Of a stretch of DNA of 64,000 bases, positions 12,343-22,790 are shown one piece after another. Origin of the DNA: Felis catus (Eukaryota); the NCBI RefSeq assembly GCF_018350175.1, contig NC_058382.1:59150001-59214000 (forward strand), read 5' to 3'. Under the pieces are notes generated by a model that ran no database searches, was not told the DNA's origin, and was given only the letters and a program-made list of their open reading frames with translations. The position numbers were made by a program, and so were the translations under genes. Within the stretch, counting starts at the first letter, position 1. Every line of letters begins with the position of its first letter.

Positions 12343-13375
12343 AAAACCTTCTACTTTGAAATGATTTTACACTTTCAAAGAGTTGCAAGGCTAGGACACA
12401 GAGTTTCTGAACGCACCTCGCCCACCAGCGATGGCGCTGTCCCCGACCCGGGGACATCTGTCAGCCGTGAGAGACCACCAGAGCCACCACAGTAGTGCCC
12501 AAGAGACAGCCTGCGCTTGGATTTCCCGGTTGGGTTCCTTCCTTCGGCTCTGGCCCCAGGCCCCCATCCAGGGTCCCACGGCACGTTTGGCACCATGTCA
12601 CCTTAGGCTCCCCCCGTCCGTGACAGCTTCTCGGACTTTCCTTCTCAAGAGTCTGATCGGTTTGAGCCAGACCTCGAATTGGGTTCGGCTAATGTCTGCT
12701 CAAGGTCAGAGCAGTGCCGTGCCCTCGCCCCATCCTACCAGGGGGCGCACGCTGCCCACACAGCTGTCTCGGGGGATGCCAGCCCTGGTCACTTAGGCAG
12801 GTGACGGCCAGCATCCTCCGCGGGAAGGTCCCCGTTTCTCCCCTCCTGTACTCCGGTCAGAAGGGAGTCACTGCGTCCAGCTGCCTTCAGCCGTACCCCC
12901 GCGGGACACAGTACTGGAGAGCGCGTGGGCGTAGGCCAACAGCACCCCGCACCAGGAAGTCTTTCCAGGGAGAGATTCCGAGGCGCTGCAGCCATTCCGC
13001 TCCTCCAGAGCTCCGCCCGCTAACGTCAGCCTCCAACCCTGGATCCCGCCACAGTGACTCTTACTAATGGCGACTTCTCCTCGCCCTCATTCCTTGTACA
13101 TTTATTATGTGGAACTCTTCCGCAAGGACGATTTATCCCTTCCCCATACCTGTTTATATCAGGATGGGCTCATGGACATTTATTTCATCATTTGGGTAAT
13201 AGCCTAACACTCCGGTTACTTATCTTGTTGTTCAAAGTGTCCCGGGCTGGCCACTGGAAGATCTTCTCGATTCGCTCTTGTGTCCTTTCGGCGTGGCCCA
13301 TCCCTTTGATTTCTCTTTGTTTTAATACCTTCTCACTTCCCGGCACCACAAGACACTCAAGGCTCTTCTTGTATC
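12343..13375 (-). mobile_element. L1MC/L1MD-type LINE-1 3' UTR fossil
   Basis: tactttgaaatgattttacactttcaaagagttgcaagg (3' terminus), cccatccagggtcccacggcacgtttggcaccatgtcaccttaggctcc and ttgttgttcaaagtgtcccgggctggccactgg...cttcccggcaccacaagac match recalled L1MC 3' UTR blocks in order. Confidence 0.75.
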
Positions 13376-13904
13376 GAATCAACATCCCAAGGAGTTTGAA
13401 CCGGGTTTCTTTCCAGCCTTCTTTACGCTTCCATTGATTTCGTGCAAGTGGGGAATGCTGTCTAGGATATCCTGATTTCCGAAGGGAAATGTGGAATGTT
13501 TTGTTCCACAACATGCTGAGTGTGTGTCTGATGCTGGATCTTTGCAAGAAAACCAAGCGTCTGTTTTCTGGGCGACGTTCTTTCCTGATGATGCTTATTT
13601 ATAAAGTACCCACGACTGGAGATTGCTACATGGTGGACACACCCTGTGATGGGGGACCTGTAACCCTGGGGCCGGCAAGGGGGTGGCGGGGTGGGGGCGG
13701 CGGCGGTGGCTGAGTGTGCAGGCATTTCCGCCAGTGTGTGATTGATGTGTGTTGACCAGGTCACTGCCTCGGCGACAGCCACGCAATCTTGCTGTTTTCC
13801 TCATTGGGCTCTCAAATACGAGCGCCTAGGGATTCCACTCACTAAACTGTCTCTACAACATGCTCAGCGTAGTCGCCACATCGCATGGATGTTTCAATAA
13901 ATAA

Positions 13905-14131
13905 GGGGCGCCCGGGGGGCTAGGTCAGTTGAGAGTCCAACTTCAGCTCAGGTCACCATCTCGCGGTCCGTGAGTTCGAGCCCCGCGTCGGGCTCTGGGC
14001 TGATGGCTCAGAGCCTGGAGCCTGCTTTGGATTCTGTGTCTCCCTCTCTCTCTGCCCCTCCCCTGCCCATGCTCTCCCTCCCTCCCCCCCCCCTCTCTGA
14101 AATAAATAAAAACATTTTAAAATTAAAAAAA
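13905..14131 (+). mobile_element. Carnivore SINE (SINEC_Fc-type)
   Basis: ggggcgcc head, gttcgagccccgcgtcgggctct, CT tract, aataaataaa tail; no clear TSD. Confidence 0.95.
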
Positions 14132-15029
14132 GTCATCGATGATGATTTGGACCCATGCTGTTGCTCGAGACACGTAGAAACAATTGGGGCTGATGACGGA
14201 GCGGTGGACTCCCGGCATGGCAGCCCACAGCCGTTTTCTGCAGGGGCTGAAGGTGTCTGATTTCCTTTCTGACCAGCGGTAATTGGGCTCCTGTGGCCAC
14301 CCGTTTGGTTCCCTCCAGAGCCCCACATGTCGGTGCTCTTTGACATCTTTTCCACAAAGTGCACGGTGGGACTTGGGCCTGTGGGTCACCTCTCATGTGG
14401 AGAGGAGTTAGCAATTTGCAAACACATCTGGCCTCCCTCCTGGAGAAAGGCGCTGACATCCGAGGGGCCGGACCCCAGAGGCAGAACAGCATTTCCATGT
14501 TGGTTGCCGTGGTGTTTGGGCAGGAAAGGGACTAGAAAGGGTGCCTCCCCGGGTGAGGGTATCTTCTGATACGATCGGCCCATGTGAACCTCACCTCCTG
14601 CGGTTCTCTGGCTCAGGAGCCGTGCATTTGTCAGGAGCTGTGATGGGGCCCCCCACCTTGCAGGGGCGACATATGGCTGAGGAATTCGCATCGCCGGGAG
14701 CCTGCCTTGGGAGCTCTCTGCTCCCGGATTCATTACTTAAACTGACCTCAAGGCGCCTGTGTGGGGCAACCAACCGTATTGCACTGATGCTGAGGCCACT
14801 GGAAATAAGACTTTATGGAGACAAAGAATCCTTATCACAATTTTCTTTCTTTTAAAAGGCTGGAGCCCAGCAAAAGCCTTTTAGTTATCTGAGTGAGTCC
14901 CGCTGAAGAGTAATGTGGAGCAAGGGAGCCAAAGGCCTCAGGATAGGGAACGGAGAGACACAGGATCTTTCCGGCGGGAAGGTTCTTGCAGGCTAAGCCC
15001 CTCTCTGGCTAAAGAAGTTGGAAAGAAAA

Positions 15030-15330
15030 TAACTATTATTTATTGAGCGCTTTCCAAGGGCTGGCATGGGCTAAGCTCTTTGCACACTTGAACCGTATGA
15101 AGCCTGCCTGTGCCGCGTGTAAAAACAGGTCAAAAGTCAGTGACCGCCTGTGGTCCAAACTAAGACAGAAGTTCATTTCTTACAGGTCTGTGATAGTTGG
15201 AGACATACCCATTGTGCAGGTGAATACACCGATCCTCAGAGTCCGGTAACTTGGCCTCGGTCCCACAGCTGATGATGGCAGAACTGGGACTTAAAGCTGC
15301 ATCTACACAACTCCAAGGTGCACACTCGGA
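15030..15330 (-). mobile_element. MIR, probably split by an internal insert
   Basis: ttattgagcgctttcc...gctaagctctttgcac and cccattgtgcaggtgaatacac...taacttggcctcggtcccacagctgatgatggcagaactgggac. Confidence 0.65.
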
Positions 15331-16857
15331 GATGCCGTCAGGTGGTGCTTCTAATGTTTGTGCAGTGCTTACAATGGGTCTTGACACGAGGCGGCTGCTA
15401 TGAAGCCAGGTTCAATAAGAACAAATTATGAAAATACTTTGTACTCTTTGCACTCATGAACACACACTGAATTAGACACACATCAGATCCTAGTCCATTA
15501 TTTTGCATGAAATCTTCCATATTTGGCGGTTTGGGATTTGCCAAAAAGCCTCCTCGCCCCCAGTCTTGCTAGAAACCATCCCCGGGCCCCAGACAACACC
15601 GCCTCACCCGTCAGAGCACAGAGTCCCCGGGCTTCCGGTGTGCCGAGCCCGCCCACAGCCCCCAGTCGGATTATAAAGTTCCTTTGGAAAACACCACGTG
15701 GGCAGAGTTTTCTTTTGCACCACAGGATTATAAAAAATGTAGAAACGGAGGTTTCCAGGGAGAGGGTCCAGCCCAAGACAGCATCTCCTGGGGGCAGGAG
15801 GCAGGTCACAAAAGAGCCGGACGCCCCAAGGCAGCTGTGTGGCCGTGGGTCTCGGCGCGTTTCTCTGTGCTGTGGGGGTTGGGCCAGACCTTTAACATTC
15901 TCTTTTAGATACAGGAGCCTCTGAGATTACACAGTCTCACCATGAAACGGCACATTCCCACGGAGGCGGACCCCATTCAAGACGCCCACCAGCCTCTACC
16001 CAAAATGACTTGGTTTCTATTTATCTGTGTTTCGAATAGGTAACACACGCACCCAGAGCAGAGCGTACAAGGCACAAAACATCCTTCAGTGACAAACTGT
16101 CGCCCAGCCACCCAGTTTCCCTTTGAGGAGATGGACGCAGCCCCCACTTTCTGGGGCTCCTTGCAAAGTGAGCCCGCACACATAAAAGCAGCTGATAACG
16201 CTCGGGTGTACGTGCTGCGTGCGGCCCGGACGGGGCCAGAGGGCACCCCAGCCGTCTGCACTTAACCACCTTCCTGGGGATGTTCCTGCCTGTCTTAAAG
16301 AGACACCCGTGCCTGCGTCCCCCTCACACTCTGTCTGGAACCCGAGCCCCGTTCTGAGGACCGAGGCCGGTGAAGGGCTCAGACCCCACGGGACCTCCCC
16401 ATATCCCAGAGAAGGAGCTGGTAGACAGGGCCGCAGCATCTTTGATTGTGTTTGTCTAGAGCGCTTACCTGTGGCCCCGCTTGGACCTGGAAAAGGAGGA
16501 GGAAATAACAGTGTCTCCCACGCACTCACTGCTAGCGAGACAAACGCACCTTGCCTTTGCACTTGGAATAAATGACGCTTCTGCCTGCAGCCCACGTGCC
16601 CTCTGGGGTCTGGTCCTGTCCACCTGCGTGGCCTGACCCTGACCCCCCACCCCTGCCCGGCCCCGGGGCCTTTTTAATGTTCCTCCACCCCCACCCCCAC
16701 CCCACCCCCCCCAGCTCCTTTCCAGCCGCGGGTTTCCAAAAATGCTGGCCACTCACTCTTCCAGCGTGATTCACAGAAGTGGCTCACAGCTGCCATTCAG
16801 GCATCACCCCCGTGTCGCCACCTCAGGGAAGCCCCCCCCCGCCTGCTGGGCCCGAAC

Positions 16858-16950
16858 GAGCTAGCGCAACCGAGGAACTGAAATTTAATTGTTTGATCTT
16901 CATCTATTTAGATGTAGGTGGCCACCATGGCTGCCAGGCCGTAGCTGTTG
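16858..16950. mobile_element. MER3/MER33-like hAT-Charlie MITE fragment
   Basis: gctagcgcaaccgaggaactgaaatttaattgtttgatc...ggtggccaccatggctgcc matches the recalled MER3 right arm. Confidence 0.6.
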
Positions 16951-16964
16951 AGCCTCACCAGGAT

Positions 16965-17200
16965 GATGGCATAGTTGTTCACAGCCCGGATCCTGCAGTC
17001 AGAGGCCTGGGTTCCAGTCCCATCTGTGACCGTGACCAGACTCCCTGAGGGCCTTGTACCTCAGTTTCCCCGTCTGTTGAACGGCATCTAGCATCCATCA
17101 TCTCGTAGATGATTTTGAGGACGGCACGGATACACAAAGCTGGAATACACAAAGCACTCCAGAGGGAGCCTGGCCACGGACACCGTATAAATGTCAGCCA
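16965..17200 (+). mobile_element. MIR SINE
   Basis: gcagtcagaggcctgggttccagtccc...gtacctcagtttccccgtctgt...aaagcactccagagggagcctggc. Confidence 0.7.
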
Positions 17201-18189
17201 CCATCTTGGATTACCTCGGAGGGATGGTTCCGGTTGGGGGCTTCAAGACTCCAATGCCCCAAGTGAGAGCGGACTTGAGGCACGACGAAGCCTCGGTGAG
17301 AGAAGGTGTTTGGAGGTTTATCACACCTTGCTGTCAGCGAATAACCGTGGGTGCTCGCGAGGTGATGCACTCGGGTCCCAGGGCTCCCGGGTGTTGTCCG
17401 CGTCGCGTGCGTCGGGGGCCTGGTCTGTGCGTCTGTCGTGCTCACCATCTCCAGGAACATCTTCGGAGCAGTGGGCTTGGGCTGCAGGTAAGGAAGGACT
17501 CTCGGGAGGAGGGGGCTCGCCGGACCAACCTTGCGAGTTGGTCCAGGGTGTGGGTTTACATGGGACGTTGGGACCAGAGCAGAGCATCTTCTGTGTGAGT
17601 TCTCTCTTCTTGGGGACCCGGTGGAGCGGGCGCGTCGGCCACGGCTCTGCCCCTCTCCCACCCCCCTCCCTCCCATCTGAATCCTCCTTTGTTCCATGTG
17701 GTCCCCTTCCCCACCCCCGGACAGACATGAGGAAGCCCGGGTCTGGACGCAGCAGAAAATTCCCCGGATTGCAACAGCGTCACACTTTCCCTTCCCAAGC
17801 CAGGCTGAAGAGAAGGACACTGTGAGTCACAGCCCTGCCTGTCCCTGACCAGGCTGGCCAAGGGCCCTCCCTTGTGTGAAAAGCCAAGGAGGCAGCTTCA
17901 GACTTTCCTGCCACATCACCGGCCCCCGTGTCTGCCCCGCGTCCACAGATCGCTGGAGGCTCAGCCGGTGAGGGCTCTGCATTGCCACGTTCGTTCCTCA
18001 GGGCAGCCCCAGGAGACGCGGCCACTGTTACTGAAACTGTAAACAGATGAGATAAACAACTTGCCTAGGGTCCTCGCCTAGGGAGCCGAGGGGGCAGGAC
18101 ACCACCCGCGCACCCCTCCTGAACATCGCCCGGAGCCCCCCACCCCCCCCCCCCGTTCCGGCCAGCTCCGCTTCTGGGGGCGGCGCATG

Positions 18190-18615
18190 CAGCGGGGGCA
18201 GGATCTCGTGGGCCAGGAATTTAGGAAGGGCTCAGCCGGGTGGTTCTCGCTAGGGGCTCTCCTCTGGATGCCGTCAAATGTCCACAGCTGGCGGACGGGC
18301 GCCCAAGATGTCACACGCACACGGGGTCACCCGGAACCTCGGCAGGGCTGTGCTTGGGAGCCTGCACGCAGCCCGTCCGTGCGGCCGGGACTCTGTGCTG
18401 CGTGGGGGGCGCCTCCCACGGGGGAGCGTCCCCGGAGACCCAGGAGGAAGCACCAGCTCCCCTGTGACCTATTCTCGTGAACCACAGGTCACTCCTGCAG
18501 CCGTCCGCTGGTCAGGCGCGGCACCCAGGCCAGCCCAGGCTCAGGAGCGGGGGGACCGGGATAGCAGGCGTCGCTCTGTGGGAGGAGCGTGCGGGAGGGA
18601 GGCACGCCATGGCCA
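18190..18615 (-). mobile_element. MaLR MLT1G/H-like solo LTR
   Basis: gtgggccaggaatttaggaagggctcagccgggtggttct...gagacccaggaggaagc...gtgacctattctcgtgaacc...ccagcccaggctcaggagcgggg. Confidence 0.7.
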
Positions 18616-18639
18616 AGTCTGTCCGAAAAGGAAGACGAC

Positions 18640-18762
18640 GGGGCACCTCGGGGGTAGTCGACCAGGCGTCCGACTCTTGGTGTTGGCTCAGGTCATTTTG
18701 TCACGGTGGCGAGATCGACTCCCGCGTCGAGCTCTGTGCTGACAGCATGGAGCCTGCTTGGG

Positions 18763-18796
<34 letters not shown>

Positions 18797-18859
18797 CACT
18801 GCCCACTCGTGTGCTCTCTCTCAAAATAAGTTAACAAACTTAGAAAAAAAAAAAAAAAA
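18640..18859 (+). mobile_element. Carnivore SINE (older subtype lacking the cagagcctg insert)
   Basis: gggcacc head, gctctgtgctgacagcatggagcctgcttgggattc, (CT)n, long A tail; TSD-like aaaaggaagayg on both sides. Confidence 0.9.
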
Positions 18860-19289
18860 GGAAGATGGAATGTGCCAGCGTGTCCCCCTCCTCAGGACGT
18901 TTTGCATTTCCAGCGTGATCTGTCGTCGTCAGGTGAAAACTAATTCCTTTGGAAATACCGCCTGGCCCCCACTGCCCTGCCCCCGGCTGCGGTTGCCCCT
19001 GGCCCTCTCGCCCTTTCCTGCGGTGTGTGGGAGGGCACAGCCCTCTGCCCGGAGCTCTGCCACACCCTCCCACAGGATCAGAGCGTTCTGCAGAATTCCT
19101 GTGATGAGCAAGGGTAATGAAGAGAATACCTAACATTTCTGGGAGATTTTTTTAATGGAAACAGCCAAGGGCTGAGAACTTTATACTATATCCTCTCATT
19201 TAATTCTCCGTGAAGTGATATTTCCAGTCTGGGAGGCTGAATGATGGGCCCGAGATGATCTAATTGATAAGCGGGGGGTGAGTATGGCT

Positions 19290-19590
19290 TTGTAAGGGGA
19301 TTTATTGCAAGGACTTGGGAACTGGCTTCCGTAACTGTGAGGGCTGGCTAAGCTAGTCTGGGGTTCACCGGACCGGTGGACAGTAAGTGGCCTCTGAGAG
19401 CCGTAAGTCCACGGGCCAGAGTGGCGTCATCCATGCGTGGCGGGACCCCCCTCTCCCTCTCTCCACCTGTCTGTCTCGGTCTCTGTGCGTCTCTCTCTGT
19501 CTCAGCCTAAGTCCTTCTTTGAAGGCATCTGACGCCCGCCACACGGCTGGGAGTCAGTGCAGGTTTAAGAGCACGCCTGTGTCACCCGAA
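19290..19590 (-). mobile_element. ERVL MLT2-like LTR fragment
   Basis: ggatttattgcaagg...ggaactggcttccgtaactgtgagggctggctaagc...taagtccacgggc resembles reverse MLT2D/E/F. Confidence 0.55.
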
Positions 19591-21544
19591 GCGCTGTTGC
19601 AGTGCCCGGGAGCACCCCCCGGACGCCCACCTGTGCCCAGGTCACACCACCAGGCTGTACGTGGGCTTTTCTACACCCTTGTCCGGTGGGTCTGTTATTC
19701 CCCTTTACGGAAGACGGGACAGACTCGAGAAAGCCAAGAGGCACCTGACTTCACAGACACTTCCCTCAGGAAGCAAAGGTGCGGGTGGTCTCAGGGCGGA
19801 TCCGGGATGCTCCCGGAGGCGAGCGCCGGGGTCATCAACACGGTGGCGCCCCAAGCCCCCAGCCCTAGCTCCCCCCACGCAGCGTCCTCTCAGCGCGGGA
19901 GCTGACCGTGGCCGGCTCCTCTCTGCACCCGGCACGCGTTGGTACGGCCACGAGTAAGGAGGTCCTGCCGGCTTTTGAACTCCGCCAAAGCACGGTGTTG
20001 GCGCATCTGTTTTTGTGACTGGCTCCTTTCGCTCAGCGCTAGCTTCTGTGTTCACCAGCTTCGCTCTCATAAGACGGTGCCACTGCCATCGCCTCGTGTT
20101 ACTGTTCCAGCTCGGGGCGCTTAGACACAATGCTGCTGGGACACACCTAGGAACCGAGGGACCCAGTCACAGGATGAGCCCAGCTTCCACATCTGGACAG
20201 TTCCAAACCGCTTCTCCAAGAGCCACCCTGGTCAGCGTATCTCCGTCTCTGTGCTGCAGTCAGCCTCCGTGTGACGTCTACCCGTCGGTCCAATTTGTGT
20301 CCTCAGACCCAGAGACCCTTCCGTCCCCACCCTCCTCCCCCACAGATGGCAGAGCGTCCGGAGCGTAACAGGTGCGCGACAAGACATCTGCCGCGTACAC
20401 TGACGGAGGGCTTCAGTTTGAAAGGAGTGTGTCCATTCTCTTGAAATGGATGTTCAAATTCTTTTAGCCAGAGCCCCGCTACCGAGCGAGGTGTCTTCAT
20501 GTAAATTCGGTAAGACAACACCTCCTCTGGGTGGGCAAGTTGCAGAAAGTCACCCCATTCCAGAAGCAGCGGTCCCAGGCTGGCGTCGGCCCCCCTGGCC
20601 CGGCGCCCCGGTCAAGTACCCACCTGCGTACAGCCCTGAGCAGAGGCCCCACAGTCACCTGCTCCCTGTGATCTCCGGGCTCATTCTGTTCATCAACGTG
20701 CCTCATTCAAATAGCAACACCTAGAAGTACCGTAAGGCTCAAAATCTTCCCAGTTCCCAAGAAAGTAAGTTTTCTAAACCACGGGTACAGGGACACGGAG
20801 TTTAAAAATCATACGAGACTATTGGCTCATCTGTGTGCTTTAAGGAAATGACAGCCGTGGACAAGTCCAGCCAAGGACGTCCCTGACCCCGCACTTAAGG
20901 CTGAGCTTAATTCTAAGCCGCGGCACCCCCTTCTGGCTTCTGTTCTGGAGGCTCCGGCCAGCTTCCCAGGCTGGCCGCACAGCGACGCACAGCTCCACGA
21001 AGACCCAGTCCCCCCGGAGCCCCCCGCTGCAGGAACACCACAACCCTGGCACGCCGTTTCCAGAAGAGAGGATTTGACCCAGCGGCTGGCAGTTAACCGG
21101 CTCGGTTCACCCAGCTCGCAGCATAGCGCAGCCGACACCCGTAGGCGGCCCTCGGGCTGGCGGGGCCACGCAGAGTCGACGGGCACGAGTGGAACTGCTT
21201 AGCGGACAAGGGTCGCCCTGGGCAGCCCGAGGCGTGCCAGCGCTGGGATGGCCTTTCACTGCTGCAGAGTGCAGTCTCGTGACGAGGTCTGGGCTGCCCT
21301 CCCATGCCTCCTACCAAATTATTTCTTTTATTATGCTCATTTTATTGATGATGTCATGACATGGCCCATCAACCCTTAATTAAAACCATGGCTGCAACGT
21401 TCGCTCCCTTTAAACCGTGACAGCCAGGGCTTTGGAGCGGCCCCTTCCGAGTCACAGATGCTCGGGAGAAACAGTCGTGGGTTTCCAGAAGGAATCGAGA
21501 GGTTCTCAGAGGTGCTGGGGCAGGAGGGACTCGGGGCATTAGGT

Positions 21545-21808
21545 GCTGGATGGGTCCCTCAGAACGCACACGTTCTTGGAAACAGAGTCATTGCAGATGT
21601 TATTAGTTAGGATGAGGTCACACGGGGGCAGGGCGGACCCTAATCGAATATGACTGGGGTCCATATGGGGGGGGCTGCTGGGGAGGACAGAGACACAGAG
21701 ACGGGGATGGACGGCCCCGCCGACACCTCGATTCCCGGCTTCCGGAACGTGAGACTGCGAGCGTGTGTTGTCTCAGACGGCGGGTTTGTGCTGCTCGCAA
21801 ACTAACAC
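21545..21808 (+). mobile_element. MaLR MLT1A/B/C solo LTR with internal deletion
   Basis: ttggaaacagagtcattgcagatgttattagttaggatgaggtcac...ccctaatcgaatatgactgg...gccccgccgacacctcgattc...gcaaactaacac. Confidence 0.8.
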
Positions 21809-21920
21809 GTTGGCTCAGGGCTCCCCGAAGCCGTGGGGGGTCCAGGTCTCACCAGGATGTCCATGGCTTGGTGACAAGCTGGCGGCGATGGTTACGACAC
21901 GTGGGCTCAAAGGGTTCCAG

Positions 21921-22306
21921 GGTGTGTGCAGGTGTGAGCACGCCTGCACGTGTGAGAGACGAGCACACGTGTGCATGAGTGTGTGCACACCTGTGTGTGA
22001 CAGTGTGCAGGTGAGCGTGTACGAGTGGGTGTGTGTAAGACAGATGAGTGTGTCTGTCCGTGTGTAGGCATGTGAATGTGTGAGTGTGAGTGTGAGACAG
22101 ACGTGTGTGATTGCTGTGCATGTATGTGTGTGTGCACATCTGTGTGTATGTGTGCGACAGTATGTAGGTGTGTGTGTGTGTGAGACAGATGTGTGAGTGT
22201 GTACGAATGAGTGTATGTCTGTGTGAGACAGATGAGTGTGTGTGACAGTGTGTGTCTGTGAGAGACAGATACGTGTGTGTGAGTGTGTGTGTCAGTGTGT
22301 GTGAGT

Positions 22307-22340
<34 letters not shown>

Positions 22341-22505
22341 GATGGGCAATGTGTGCGAGTATATGCAGGAGTGTGTGTGAGACCGGCACATGTGTGTGAC
22401 AGACACGTGTGTGTGCATGTGTGTAGGTAAGTGTGTGTGCATGTCTGTGTGTATGTGTGTGAGACGTGTGTACAAGAGTGTAAGAGTGTGTGTGAGAACG
22501 CACAC
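21921..22505. repeat. About 580-bp degenerate (TG)n tract
   Basis: Seen directly; recurring gagacaga(t/c) interruptions. Confidence 0.95.
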
Positions 22506-22649
22506 AGTTGTCCCCCACGAGGAAAGCGACACGGGCCATGACCTTGTTTCACGAACACGAGGTTTTGCCTCGTCTTTCTGGGCCCCTCATGGTTGTTTTT
22601 CATTTTAAAGGTTTCTCATTGAAGAGTCTTTTTTTCCTTCCCGTTGCCT

Positions 22650-22790
22650 TTTTTGTCACTGTGGTAAAATATCCACGCCATAAAATTTGCCTTTTTGACC
22701 ATAAGGGTGTGCGATCCAGGGGCATCACGCACATTCACCGCTGGCGCTCCCCTCCGCCGCCCCCCACACCCGCCACCTGCTCCCCCTGGG
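22650..22790 (-). mobile_element. L1MB-type 3' terminus
   Basis: tgtggtaaaatatccacgccataaaatttgcctttttgaccataagggtgtgcgatccagggggcatcacgcacattcac. Confidence 0.65.

Noticed and set aside
10913..12359. Long His/Thr- and Cys/Val-rich ORFs (up to 274 aa)
   Set aside because: Translation artefacts of the CA/TG tract; overlapping ORFs on both strands
21849..22608. His/Thr-rich ORFs of 210-227 aa
   Set aside because: Same artefact from the (TG)n tract
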